Source of the DNA: Candidatus Dormiibacterota bacterium | GTDB lineage: Bacteria; Chloroflexota; Dormibacteria; Aeolococcales; Aeolococcaceae | NCBI GenBank assembly: GCA_963709585.1 | Contig: CAVPXI010000004.1 | Span: forward strand, 128,001-192,000 | Direction: 5' to 3' | Length of the DNA: 64,000 nt | Shown: positions 52,848 to 63,265 of the stretch, in pieces | Position numbering within the stretch: position 1 is the stretch's first letter | Layout of the letters: every line of letters begins with the position of its first letter | Position numbers and translations under genes: made by a program | The notes under the pieces: generated by a model | Told to the model about the DNA's origin: nothing | Databases searched by the model: none | Seen by the model: only the letters and a program-made list of their open reading frames with translations

Positions 52848-53678
52848 ATGGATGCGGCGGGATGGCGTGATGCGATGCGCGACTGGGCGCTCCCCGACGC
52901 GATCCTCGCTGCCGCGCCGGAATCGCCGTGGGGATTCGCGGTCGAGCTGTTCCGATCGCGCGCCGAACTGGCGACGGACGGAGACCTCACCTTCGCGAAC
53001 CGGCGCGCGAGCGACGCCCTGCCGAAAGGAGGTACCGTCCTCGATGTCGGCGCCGGCGCCGGAGCAGCGTCGCTCCCGCTCCGGCGGCGATGCTCGCTGA
53101 TCGTTGCTGTCGACTCATCCGCGGAGCAGCTGTCCGAGTTCCGTCGGCAGGCGGATCGCGCGCACGTGACGGCGCGGACGGTCGCCGGCGAGTGGCCGGC
53201 GGTGGCGAGGCGAACGCCGATCACCGATGTCGCCGTCTGCAACCATGTCGCGTACAACGTCGCCGACCTCGCGCCGTTCGTTCTGGCGTTGACCGGTCAC
53301 GCACGGCGGCGCGTCGTCATGGAGATCACCGCCCGGCATCCGACCGCGTGGATGGCCGACCTGTGGTGGCGGTTTCACGCGCTGCCTCGCCCGACTCATC
53401 CGGACGCGAACGACCTGGTGTCGGTGCTGCGCAGCCTGGGGTTGCCGGCGCGGCGGCATACCGCGATCTCGCCGCGGCGTGCGGGCGGTTTCGAGCGCCG
53501 CGAGGATGCGGTCGCATGGATTCGTCGCCGTCTGTGCCTCGACGCCGCCCGGGATGGCGACGTGGCCGCGGCGCTGGGCGAGCGCCTGGTTCACGATGGG
53601 GCGTTCTGGTCGGTCAGGCCGCCGATCGAACCCGTGGTCACGGTGTGGTGGGACGTGCGGCCTGAAATTGCGGAGTAG
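52848..53678 (+). CDS. Class I SAM-dependent methyltransferase
   Basis: VLDVGAGAG, VAVD, CNHVAYNV. Confidence 0.85.
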   Translation: MDAAGWRDAMRDWALPDAILAAAPESPWGFAVELFRSRAELATDGDLTFANRRASDALPKGGTVLDVGAGAGAASLPLRRRCSLIVAVDSSAEQLSEFRRQADRAHVTARTVAGEWPAVARRTPITDVAVCNHVAYNVADLAPFVLALTGHARRRVVMEITARHPTAWMADLWWRFHALPRPTHPDANDLVSVLRSLGLPARRHTAISPRRAGGFERREDAVAWIRRRLCLDAARDGDVAAALGERLVHDGAFWSVRPPIEPVVTVWWDVRPEIAE

Positions 53679-53684
53679 GGTGAA

Positions 53685-54626
53685 GTGGTGCACGATCACG
53701 GACCCAACGGGCCGCCCCCGCAGCACGTCCCGACCGATGCGGATCAGGGACCGCTGGTTGCCGCGCTGTGCCTCATCGGAATTTTCATCGCCGTCGAGGT
53801 GGTCGCCGCGGTCCTCGCCCGTTCCCTCGCCCTGCTCTCTGACGCGGCGCACATGCTCACCGACGTCGCGGCGCTCGGGGTGTCGCTGGTTGCCCTTCGT
53901 CTCGCCCAGAGGCCTCCGAAGGGCGGACTGACATTCGGCCTCAAACGCGCCGAGGTTCTTGCGGCGCTGATCAGCGGCGCGACGCTGCTCGTGCTCGCGG
54001 CTGTGCTCGTGTTCGAGGCGGTGCTTCGCTTCGCGTCACCCGTGCCCGTGCAGGGCGGTGCGGTGATCGCGATCGCCCTGGTGGGCGTCGTCGTCAATCT
54101 CGCGGTCACCTACCAGCTCGCACACGCGAATCGCCGCAGCCTGAACATCGAGGCGAGCTTCCGCCACATCCTCACCGATCTGTACGCGCTGATCGGGACG
54201 CTGATCGCCGGCATCGTGATCGTGACCACCGGCTTCGAGCGTGCCGATGCCATCGCCTCGGTGGTGGTCGCCGCGCTCATGGTGTACGCCGGCATCCGGC
54301 TGCTGGGAAAGGCCGGCCGGGTGCTCCTCGAGGCGTCTCCCGCCGACCTCGATCCCGAGGAGATCGGGAGTGCGCTCGCCGCGCATCCGCATGTGGTCAA
54401 CGTCCACGACCTCCACGTCTGGGAGCTGACCTCGGGTTTTCCGTCGCTCTCCGCCCACGTGCTGGTGCATCCCAACGACGATTGCCATGCGATCCGACTC
54501 GACCTCGAGCGATTCCTCGAGGAGCGCTTCCACGTCGAGCACACGACCCTACAGGTCGACCATGCTCCTGCCGAGTACCTCCGGGTTGAGCGGCTGGTGC
54601 CGGATCGGGAGCGATCAGCCCGCTGA
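53685..54626 (+). CDS. Cation diffusion facilitator (CzcD/ZitB-like)
   Basis: SLALLSDAAHMLTD, HILTD, VHDLHVW, HTTLQVD. Confidence 0.93.
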   Translation: MVHDHGPNGPPPQHVPTDADQGPLVAALCLIGIFIAVEVVAAVLARSLALLSDAAHMLTDVAALGVSLVALRLAQRPPKGGLTFGLKRAEVLAALISGATLLVLAAVLVFEAVLRFASPVPVQGGAVIAIALVGVVVNLAVTYQLAHANRRSLNIEASFRHILTDLYALIGTLIAGIVIVTTGFERADAIASVVVAALMVYAGIRLLGKAGRVLLEASPADLDPEEIGSALAAHPHVVNVHDLHVWELTSGFPSLSAHVLVHPNDDCHAIRLDLERFLEERFHVEHTTLQVDHAPAEYLRVERLVPDRERSAR

Positions 54627-54637
54627 GGTCGAGACAG

Positions 54638-55248
54638 TTACCGCTCCCGGACTGCGTAGGTCAGGTGGGTCACCCGCTGCGTCGGCTCCGCGGACCGGCT
54701 CCAGGGCCGCGCGGCCCGCGTCCACCCCCTCGAACAGGCGGATTCCGGAGCCGAACAGGACGGGTGAGAGCGCGATCGTGAACTCGTCGATCGGGCCGGC
54801 GTTCACGTACTCGAGGATCGTTGCGCCGCCGCCCGCGATGCGGACGTCCCGGTCGCCGGCGGCCTCGCGGGCCCGGTCGAGCGCGGGCTCGATGCCATCG
54901 TTGACGAAGTGGAAGGTGGTCCCGCCCGGCCGCTCCCAGGGTTCACGCTTCTCGTGCGTCACGACGAAGACCGGCGTGTGGAACGGCGCCTCTTCCGGCC
55001 ACATCTGCTCGCCGGCGTCGAACATCCGCTTGCCCATCACGTTCGCGCCGGTGCGCTCGAACGTCTCCCGCGCGATGTCGTTGTCGCGCCCTTCCTCGCC
55101 GCCCTCGCCGAGCTTCAGGTTCTCCCGGAAGAACCGTTGCGGGAATATCCACTGCTGCAGTTCCATCCACTGCTGCCCCCCCGAGGGACCCGGGCGCGAT
55201 GAACCCGTCCAGCGACATCGACACGCTGAAGAACACCTTCCCGGCCAT
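54638..55248 (-). CDS. Dihydrofolate reductase/RibD C-terminal family protein (frameshifts near 55178 and 54690)
   Basis: SMSLDGFIA, MGKRMF, IAGGGATI, PVLFGSGIRLF, repaired end VTHLTY. Confidence 0.8.
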
Positions 55249-55679
55249 CAGCCGTCAACTCCGGCGCATTCGGCGCAGACGCCGAGCACCGCGAAGTGAT
55301 AGGGACGGAGCTCGAACCCGAGGCGTCGCTTGGCGCCATCGGCCATCGCCTCGAAAAGGTCCTCGGGCGCCTCGAGGGTCGCCCCGCACACCTCGCACAC
55401 CAGGTGCCCGTGGGCTTCGGTCGCCAGGTGGTACGTGGCCGCCCCATGTCCGAGGTGGGTATGCACCACGACGCCGAGGCGCTCGAGCTCCTCGAGATTG
55501 CGATACACCGTCGAGGGGTGCACGTCCGGCGCCAGCGCCCGGACGGCGACGAGCAGCTCCTCCGCGGTCGGGTGGTCCGGCCCTTTCACGAGCGCGGTGA
55601 GCACCAGGCGACGGGCGGTGGTGACCCGGGAGCCCCCGTCCCGGAGCTGGGCGACCAATTCGTCGACGGTGCTGCTCAT
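55248..55679 (-). CDS. Fur-family regulator, Nur-like (nickel-responsive)
   Basis: STVYRNL, HTHLGHG..TYH, HLVCEVC, HFAVLGVCAEC. Confidence 0.85.
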   Translation of the reverse strand: MSSTVDELVAQLRDGGSRVTTARRLVLTALVKGPDHPTAEELLVAVRALAPDVHPSTVYRNLEELERLGVVVHTHLGHGAATYHLATEAHGHLVCEVCGATLEAPEDLFEAMADGAKRRLGFELRPYHFAVLGVCAECAGVDG

Positions 55680-55796
55680 CACTCAAGGATAGCCGCGACC
55701 GGCAGCCATCGCCCGGACGAAGCACCTGGCTTCTGGACGCTGTTGCGTGCTGGTCGCGTTTTGATACGCTGGGTGGGCTCCTGACGTTGAGGGAAC

Positions 55797-56909
55797 ATGA
55801 GGAGGACCACCATGGCCGCGACGGCGTCTCGCCTGGCCCGGATCCGCGGCGCGCTGACCCCCCGGGAGTGGGGACGGGTCGGCGGTATGGTCGGCTTCAT
55901 CATCGGCCTCTATGTCGTCGGCTGGGGCGTGTTCATCGTTGCCATCCTGCCCCAGCACTCCAAGTTCCTCGGCATCGGGGTCGCGGTGACCGCATACACG
56001 CTCGGTCTCCGGCATGCCTTTGACGCGGACCACATCTCGGCCATCGACAACACCACCCGCAAGCTGATGTCCGAAGGCAAGCGCCCGCTCTCCGTGGGCT
56101 TCTGGTTCTCGCTCGGCCATTCGTCGGTCGTGTTCGGCCTCGGGATCGGCCTGACCTTCGCGGCGCGGGCGATCATCGGTCAGCTCAGCAGCTCGAATTC
56201 GACGGTCGCGTCCTTTGGAGGGATCATCGGCACGCTCGTGTCGGGCACGTTCCTGTACCTGATCGCCTTCCTCAACCTGGTGATCCTGGTCGGGATCGTG
56301 AAGGTCTTCCTCGAGATGCGCCGCGGTCGCTACAACGACGAGGAGCTCGAGCAGCAGCTCAACGCACGCGGGCTGATGACGCGCTTCTTCGGCAAGCTGA
56401 TGCGGTCGATCCGCAAGCCGTGGCAGATGTACCCGGTCGGCGTGCTCTTCGGACTTGGATTCGACACCGCAACCGAGGTGGCGCTCCTGGCGGCCACCGC
56501 CGGTGCCGCCACAGCCGGACTTCCGTGGTACGCGGTGCTGAGCCTGCCGATCCTCTTCGCCGCCGGCATGGCCACACTCGACACGCTCGACGGCTCGTTC
56601 ATGAACTTCGCGTACGGGTGGGCGTTCTCGAAGCCGGTGCGCAAGGTCTACTACAACATCACCATCACCGGGCTGTCGGTCGCGGTGGCGATGCTCATCG
56701 GCACCATCGAGATCTTCGGGCTGCTGGCGGCTCAGCTTAATCTCTCCGGTGGCTTCTGGGCCTTCATGTCCGGCTTCAACATCAACGAGGCCGGCTTCAT
56801 CATCGTCGGCTTGTTCGTGATCACCTGGGCGGCGGCGCTCGCCATATGGCGGTTCGGGCGCATCGAACAGCGCTGGGAACGCGCCGCGGCGCGGCAGCGA
56901 TCGCGCTGA
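55797..56909 (+). CDS. HoxN/HupN/NixA (NiCoT) high-affinity nickel/cobalt transporter
   Basis: GLRHAFDADHISAID, FSLGHSS, GLGFDTATE. Confidence 0.95.
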   Translation: MRRTTMAATASRLARIRGALTPREWGRVGGMVGFIIGLYVVGWGVFIVAILPQHSKFLGIGVAVTAYTLGLRHAFDADHISAIDNTTRKLMSEGKRPLSVGFWFSLGHSSVVFGLGIGLTFAARAIIGQLSSSNSTVASFGGIIGTLVSGTFLYLIAFLNLVILVGIVKVFLEMRRGRYNDEELEQQLNARGLMTRFFGKLMRSIRKPWQMYPVGVLFGLGFDTATEVALLAATAGAATAGLPWYAVLSLPILFAAGMATLDTLDGSFMNFAYGWAFSKPVRKVYYNITITGLSVAVAMLIGTIEIFGLLAAQLNLSGGFWAFMSGFNINEAGFIIVGLFVITWAAALAIWRFGRIEQRWERAAARQRSR

Positions 56910-56916
56910 CGCGCGC

Positions 56917-59455
56917 TTACTCGGTGGTGATCGCCCGAAGGATGTCGATTCGCGATGCGCGGATCGTCGGGAAGATGGCGGCGACGACACCGAAGACTCC
57001 CGCGATGACCGCGTAGATGATCAGGTTCTGGCCGGGGATCGCGATCTCGGTGATCCCGAGGTCGTGCAACGACCCGCTCACCGCGACGCCGAGTCCGAGC
57101 CCGACGGCCAGCCCGAGCACCGCTCCGAGCAGCGAGATGATCACCGACTCCCAGCGCACCATCGAACGCGTCTGTGACCTTGTCATTCCCAGCGCTCGCA
57201 ACAGGCCGATCTCGCGGGTACGCTCGAGAACACTCAGGATCAGCGTGTTCGCAATTCCCAGGACGGCGATGATGATCGCAAATGCGAGCAGGGTGTAGAT
57301 CAGGTTGAGGAAGCTGTCCAGCGACGCCCCGACGAAGGTACGGTACTCGGAGCGGCTCATCGCCATCAGCAGCGGAAATGCCTTCACATCCTGGTGGAGC
57401 GCCCGCTCCGCCTGAACTCGATGACACGCCGTTCGCGGCGTTGGCAAGCACGATTGAGTCACGCTCTGTAGGCACGTTTGGTGCCATCGTTGCGAGCGAG
57501 ACCACATAGCCGCTGACCAGAGCGTTGGCGGTGTAGATGCCTCCGATGCGAACGGGGATGCTCGCGCCCTGCGGGAAGTTGAAGGTCACGAGCTGACCGA
57601 TGTGCACACCGGAGGCGTTCGCCTCGGTGGAGTCGACGATCGCCGTGTTCGTCGAGGCGACCGAGGACGCCGTTCCCGACACCATGCTCAGCGACAGCAC
57701 GCTGCCGAGGTTGGCCGGATCGATGGCGGCGATGCCCTGCGAACTGCCCTTGATGATCACCGATGTGCCGCGGACCTCGGTCACATCCCGAAGGCTCGGA
57801 TCCTTCTGCAATGCCTGCGCCGCCTGCGTGTTGAAGTCCGGGCCCTGGGTGAACACGATGAAGTCGGCGCGAAAGGCGCCTTCGATCGCATCGTTGGTGG
57901 AGACACGAACCGAGTCGGTGAGCACCGCGACGCATGTGACCAGCGCAAGGCCGATCATCAGCGCAGCTGCGGTGAGCGCTGTGCGGCGCGGATTGCGCCG
58001 AGCGTTCTGACCGGCGAGTATTCCGGGCGCTCCGCGAATGCGCGCCACCGGCCATCCAAGCACGGTCGCGACCGGCACGACCAGCACTGGGGCAAGCAGC
58101 GCAACGCCGAGGAAGACTCCGAGAAAACCGGCGCCGATGAGCTGCAACTTCGAACCCGCGGAGGTGAAGAGCCCGATGACCAGCGCGGCGCACCCGACGA
58201 CGAAGATCACCACGCCGACCGCGATCCGGCGTCGCGGCAGGGGTTGGGTCTCGGGGAGTGCCTCTGACAGGGCGGCGACCGGCGGGATGCGCGTCGCACG
58301 CCGTGCCGGGAGGCTCGCCGCGATGACGGTGACGATGGTGCCGACGAGCACCGCGATGATGACGGTGCGAGGGAGCAGCGTCACGCCGCCGGTCGAGGCC
58401 GAGCCGAACACCGACAGCAGCGCTCGCGCAATCAGAATTCCGACAAGGAAGCCGAGGATTGACGCCACCAGCCCGGTCACCGCCGCCTCGACAAGCACCG
58501 ACGTCATCACCTGGGCTCGAGTTGCACCGAGCGCACGCAGCAACGCCAGTTCGCGGGTGCGCTGGGCAACGAGGATGTTGAAGGTGTTGATGATCAGAAA
58601 GCTGCCGACGAACAGCGAGATGAAGGCAAAGACGAGGAGCGGTGTCCCGATGAACGTGCTGATCGTCGACTCGGTGCTCTGCTCCGCCGCCGCCGCCGCC
58701 TGCTGCCCCGTCTCCGCCACTGCGTACGTGGGAAGTGCTGCGGCGATGTGCTCTCGGAGCACGACGTCCGTCACGCCGCTCTGCGCGCTGACCAGGATGC
58801 TGTCGTACTTGTTCTGACCTTCGAGGACGCGCTGCGCGGTCGACTCCGTGAACAGCGCGATGGTTGCCCCGGCAAGGTTGTCGGAAGATCCGTAGCCGGC
58901 GAGGCCGGTGATCGTGAAGTGCTCCTCGACTCCTCCCAGGAACACGATGGGCAGCGACTGTCCGACTGCGAGGCCGTTCTTCGCGGCGGTGCCGGCATCC
59001 ACGACGACATCATTCGGCTGCGTCGGTGCCGTGCCGCTGCGCAGGCGATACGGCGAGATCGCACTATCGGTGATCCAGTTGGCGCCGAAGGTTGGAGGCC
59101 CGTTGCCGCCGATCGGCTTGCCGTCGTGCCCGATCAGCGTCGCACCCTCTCGAAAGAGACTGCCGACCGCATCGTTGACGCCGGGTACCGCCCGCACCGT
59201 GGCCAGCAGCGAGGTCGGAATCGGATGGTTCTGGCCGCCGCCGATGCCACCTGAATCACCGGCGATCGGGCGACCGTGCACCGTCACCGCGACACCGGCG
59301 TTCGCCGTGGCGAAGATGCTCGTGAACGTCGCGTTGATCGTGTCGGTGAGGATGAACGTCCCCGCCACGAATGACACGCCGAGGATGACGGCAATCGTGG
59401 TGAGCGCGAGGCGGAGCTTGTGCGAGAGCAGGCTTCGCAGACTGATCCCGATCAT
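56917..59455 (-). CDS. FtsX-like/MacB ABC transporter permease (frameshift near 57416)
   Basis: QRTRELALLRALGA and ERTREIGLLRALG repeats. Confidence 0.9.
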
Positions 59456-59476
59456 GGTCAGCGCTCGGCGATGGCG

Positions 59477-60250
59477 TCAGTCACCGAGGTGACGCATGAC
59501 GTCGAGCACGCTGTCGGCCGTTGGTCCGTGCATCTCGCTGACCACGCGACCGTCGGCCAGGAACACCACGCGATCCGCGTGCGCGGCGGCGAGGGGATCG
59601 TGGGTGACCATGATGATCGTCTGTCCCAACTCGGTCACGGCGTGGCGGAGAAAGTCGAGCAGGTCCGTGCTCGCGCGTGAGTCGAGGTTGCCGGTCGGCT
59701 CGTCGGCGAAGATGATCTCCGGCCGGCTGGCAAGCGCGCGGGCGGCGGCGACGCGCTGCTGCTGCCCTCCGGAGAGCTCGTTGGGGCGGTGCTTGAGCCG
59801 GTCACCCAGGCCGGTGATGCGCACCACCTCGGCGAGCGCCGCCGCATCGGGTTTCTGTCCGGCGATGGTGAGCGGCAGCACGATGTTGTCGAGTGCGGAG
59901 AGCGTCGGGACCAGGTTGAACGACTGAAAGATGAAGCCGACCCGCACGCGTCGCAGCAGGGTGAGCTGGCGGTCGTTGAGGCTGCCCAGCTCGATATCGC
60001 CGATGTGAACGGTTCCCGAGGTCAGGCGATCGAGGCCGGCGATGCAATGCAGCAGGGTGGATTTGCCCGACCCGGACGGCCCCATGATCGCGCTGAACCG
60101 GCTCTTGTCGAATCCGACCGTGATGCCGTCGAGCGCACGCACCATGGCGTCGCCCTTGCCGTATTCCTTGACCGCATCGGTGGTTCGAGCCGCGATGGGA
60201 CTGGCATCCGCCGCCGTCGTCGTCGCCCCTGCGGTGGTGATCGCCGCCAT
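59477..60250 (-). CDS. ABC transporter ATP-binding protein (LolD/MacB-like)
   Basis: GPSGSGKS, LSGGQQQR, ADEPTGNLD. Confidence 0.93.
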   Translation of the reverse strand: MAAITTAGATTTAADASPIAARTTDAVKEYGKGDAMVRALDGITVGFDKSRFSAIMGPSGSGKSTLLHCIAGLDRLTSGTVHIGDIELGSLNDRQLTLLRRVRVGFIFQSFNLVPTLSALDNIVLPLTIAGQKPDAAALAEVVRITGLGDRLKHRPNELSGGQQQRVAAARALASRPEIIFADEPTGNLDSRASTDLLDFLRHAVTELGQTIIMVTHDPLAAAHADRVVFLADGRVVSEMHGPTADSVLDVMRHLGD

Positions 60251-60286
60251 TGGGTGCCAGGGTAGACGAAGTTCGGGTTCGCGCCG

Positions 60287-61348
60287 ATGGAGCCCGTATC
60301 ATGTCGATCCGTGGGGGATACGGAGGGGGGATCGAAGCTCGAGGTCGGCGATCCGCGCCGGCGGCAGCTCGGCGTCGCTGCATTCGGCACGCTCGCCGTC
60401 GCCGCGATCTTCCTGGTCTTTGCTCTCTCGGTCAAGCAGGTTCGCGTGCTGGATCACCACGCTCCCTGGCGCGATGACCCCTATGACGCAGTTGTGTCCT
60501 TCGTCGTGTTCTTCGTCCCGCTGACGGCGGCGCTGGGGATCGTGAGGATCTCGCTCTGGCGCAGCAGTCGGCCCCTCGCGGTCGCGCGGGTGACCAGCGT
60601 GATGCGCGGCGGTCGGGTGCTCATCGGCACGATGCTCCTCACCGTGCTCTCGGACTGGACCAGCGTCGCCCTGCAAGCGAATCACGCCCACTGGAACGGC
60701 ACGACGGAATCGGACATTGCGTTGCTCGCGGCGATGACATTGCTGGTGATCGCCGCGGGAGTCGTGCATCTCCGGGCGTCGCGTCTTGTCCGTGACCTTC
60801 GCGATGGATCGCAGCGGACCGATTGGTTCAACGACCTCGTCGCGGCGGTGGAGCTCCATGCCGGTCGGCTGGGTCCGCTCAAGGTGCTCGGCGTCCAGGT
60901 CACCCGCGGGCTCGATCGCCAGGTAGTCGGCGCTCTCCGCCGGCGTCCGGTGACAGCGGCGATCGTTTGCGCATTGCTGTTCGGCGTTTCCCTGGCCCTC
61001 AACACGTTGCTCCGGGCCGGCCCTGGGCCGGCGATCTGGCTCGACGTCGCAGTCGGGGGCAGCGGGATGTTCGCGTTCCTGGTGGCGGCTGGCGCGTATC
61101 TGGGCCTGGTGGGAGCAAACCGCCCGGCGGCGGGGGCGCGCCGCCGGATCATCGATGCCGCGGTGATCGGATGCGCCTCCGTTCCCGTGACACTCGCCTT
61201 TCGCGACTGGCTCTGGTGGATCGTCGGGGCATCCTCGGGAGGATCGGATCGCCTGGCCAGGTTGCTCCTCACCGTGGCGGTGGCCACTGCGCTGATCGTC
61301 CTCGCGAGCGAGGCCGTCTTCCGGGTGCATCCTGCCCGCACGGCCTGA
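60287..61348 (+). CDS. Hypothetical polytopic membrane protein
   Basis: About 8 TM, PWRDDPYDAV motif. Confidence 0.65.
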   Translation: MEPVSCRSVGDTEGGSKLEVGDPRRRQLGVAAFGTLAVAAIFLVFALSVKQVRVLDHHAPWRDDPYDAVVSFVVFFVPLTAALGIVRISLWRSSRPLAVARVTSVMRGGRVLIGTMLLTVLSDWTSVALQANHAHWNGTTESDIALLAAMTLLVIAAGVVHLRASRLVRDLRDGSQRTDWFNDLVAAVELHAGRLGPLKVLGVQVTRGLDRQVVGALRRRPVTAAIVCALLFGVSLALNTLLRAGPGPAIWLDVAVGGSGMFAFLVAAGAYLGLVGANRPAAGARRRIIDAAVIGCASVPVTLAFRDWLWWIVGASSGGSDRLARLLLTVAVATALIVLASEAVFRVHPARTA

Positions 61349-61387
61349 GCGCGTCCCTGTCCGGGGAGCGCTTGCTAGAGTGGATTC

Positions 61388-62077
61388 GTGACCGGGGCCG
61401 AACTTCCCATCGGCGAGCGGAAGGCGCGAGCCGTCGAGGAGATGTTCGACCGGATCGCGCCGCGCTACGAGCTGGTGAACCGTGTGATGACGCTCGGGCT
61501 CGACGCTGGCTGGCGGCGTCGGGCAGTGCGCGAGCTGCACCTGGACCCGGGGGCGCGGGTGGTCGACCTCGGCTGCGGGACCGGCGATCTCTGCAGGGGC
61601 CTCGGACGCGCCGGGCTCCGCGCGGTTGGGGTTGACGTGGCCGCGGAAATGCTCGCTCGGGCACACACCTCGGCTCCCCTGGTGCGCGCCGATGCCCTGC
61701 AGCTCCCCATCGCCGACGCATCCGTCGACGGCGCGATCAGCGGCTTCGCGCTGCGCAACGTGGTCGACATCGGCGCGTGCTTGGGCGAGGCGGCGCGGGT
61801 GATCCGCCCGGGCGGCCGCGCCGTCTTCCTTGAAGTGTCGGAGCCACCGAGCCCGCTGGTTCGCCGCGCGCACGCGCTGTACTTCCGGAGGATCGTCCCC
61901 ATGATCGGCGGACTGCTCTCCGACCGGCGGGCATATCAGTACCTGCCCGCGTCGACCGCATACCTGCCATCGCCGGACCAACTCCTCCGCCTGCTGTCCG
62001 ATGCCGGGTTTGTCCGCTGCCATCGGGTGCAGCTGGGTGCCGGCGCCGCGCAACTGCTCATCGGGACCCGGCGGTGA
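61388..62077 (+). CDS. menG: Demethylmenaquinone methyltransferase
   Basis: MFDRIAPRYELVN, DLGCGTGD, GFALRNV, AYQYLP.S. Confidence 0.88.
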   Translation: MTGAELPIGERKARAVEEMFDRIAPRYELVNRVMTLGLDAGWRRRAVRELHLDPGARVVDLGCGTGDLCRGLGRAGLRAVGVDVAAEMLARAHTSAPLVRADALQLPIADASVDGAISGFALRNVVDIGACLGEAARVIRPGGRAVFLEVSEPPSPLVRRAHALYFRRIVPMIGGLLSDRRAYQYLPASTAYLPSPDQLLRLLSDAGFVRCHRVQLGAGAAQLLIGTRR

Positions 62078-63258
62078 GCGCGATCCGCCAGGCGCCCGAT
62101 CTGCCGGCCGCGTCGACAGCACGCGATCTCTTCGAGCTGTACCGCGAGGACACTGGTGTTGTCCTTCGGCACGGCGCCGACGGTCTTGCCGCAGCGAGCG
62201 ATTCTCGAGGGATCCACGTGGACGCGGGACCGGATCACGTGCGACGAGCGGCGGCGCTCGTGCAGACCGCCCTCGACGGGACGGCCGGTCTCGGGATTGC
62301 CATGGGCGCTCTGCCATTCGAGGGCAGCTGCGACGCGGTCATCCGTCTGCCTGAGCGGGTGATCCGGGGGGCGCCGTTCCACGGCGAGATCGCGCCGCAG
62401 CCCTTATGGGCGATCACCGCGCTCATACCGGAACCGCTGCCGGTCGAGTACGAAGCCGCGGTTGAGCGCGCGCTCGAGGCGATCGACGCGGGCGAGGTCG
62501 ACAAGGTGGTCCTCGCCCGAACCCTGCTGGTGGAAGCGGACGCGCCGATCGATCCGCGTCTGCTCGCGCGGCGCTTCAACGCGGAGGAGCCTGGATCCTT
62601 CGTGTTTCTTGTGGCGCTCCCCGGAGGCAAGTCGCACCTGGTCGGCGCGTCGCCTGAACTCGTCATCCGGCGCAGGGGGCGGAAGGTTTTCAGCGATCCG
62701 CTGGCCGGCACGGCTCGCAGATCGCGGGATCGGGCTCGGGATCAGGAGATCGCCCGGCAACTGTTCGACGCCGTCAAGGAGCAGCGCGAGCATCGCTTGG
62801 TCGTGGAGGCAGTCGCGGACGCGATGGCGCCGTTCTGCTCGAAGCTCGTCGTCGATGGTGAGGCGAGCCTTACCTCGACGGCGACGCTCTGGCATCTCCA
62901 CACCGCGATCAAGGGGACGCTCAATCCGGAGGCACCCGATGCACTGACCATCGCCGCGGCTCTGCACCCCACCCCGGCGGTGTGCGGCACGCCGCAGGCT
63001 GCTGCAGCTGCGCTGATCGGCCGCCTCGAGCCCTTCAACCGCCGTTTCTTCGCGGGCCTCGTGGGTTGGGTCGATGCGCAGGGCGATGGGGAGTGGGCCT
63101 TGACCCTGCGGTGCGCGGAGGTCTCGGGATCCACGGCGCGGCTGCACGCGGGCGCCGGCATCGTGGCGGGATCCGAGCCTGCGTCCGAGGAACTCGAGAC
63201 CGAGGCGAAGTTCGGCGTCGGATTGCGAGCGCTCGGGGTGGAACCGCCTCAGACCTGA
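62074..63258 (+). CDS. menF: Isochorismate synthase
   Basis: KVVLAR, GASPE, LAGT, REH, LHPTPAVCG, AGAGIV; men context. Confidence 0.88.
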   Translation: MSAIRQAPDLPAASTARDLFELYREDTGVVLRHGADGLAAASDSRGIHVDAGPDHVRRAAALVQTALDGTAGLGIAMGALPFEGSCDAVIRLPERVIRGAPFHGEIAPQPLWAITALIPEPLPVEYEAAVERALEAIDAGEVDKVVLARTLLVEADAPIDPRLLARRFNAEEPGSFVFLVALPGGKSHLVGASPELVIRRRGRKVFSDPLAGTARRSRDRARDQEIARQLFDAVKEQREHRLVVEAVADAMAPFCSKLVVDGEASLTSTATLWHLHTAIKGTLNPEAPDALTIAAALHPTPAVCGTPQAAAAALIGRLEPFNRRFFAGLVGWVDAQGDGEWALTLRCAEVSGSTARLHAGAGIVAGSEPASEELETEAKFGVGLRALGVEPPQT

Positions 63259-63265
63259 GCGCGGC

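Noticed and set aside
10052-57419. Phosphorothioate GAAC/GTTC motif as the cause of the indels
   Set aside because: GAAC/GTTC appears only in the erroneous reading; repaired sites read GACTC/GAGTC, and site 39846 has no GAAC
9827-57507. Programmed frameshifting or mass pseudogenisation as the cause of split genes
   Set aside because: No slippery heptamers, no in-frame stops, affected genes are unrelated; indels sit in one motif or in homopolymers, favouring sequencing error
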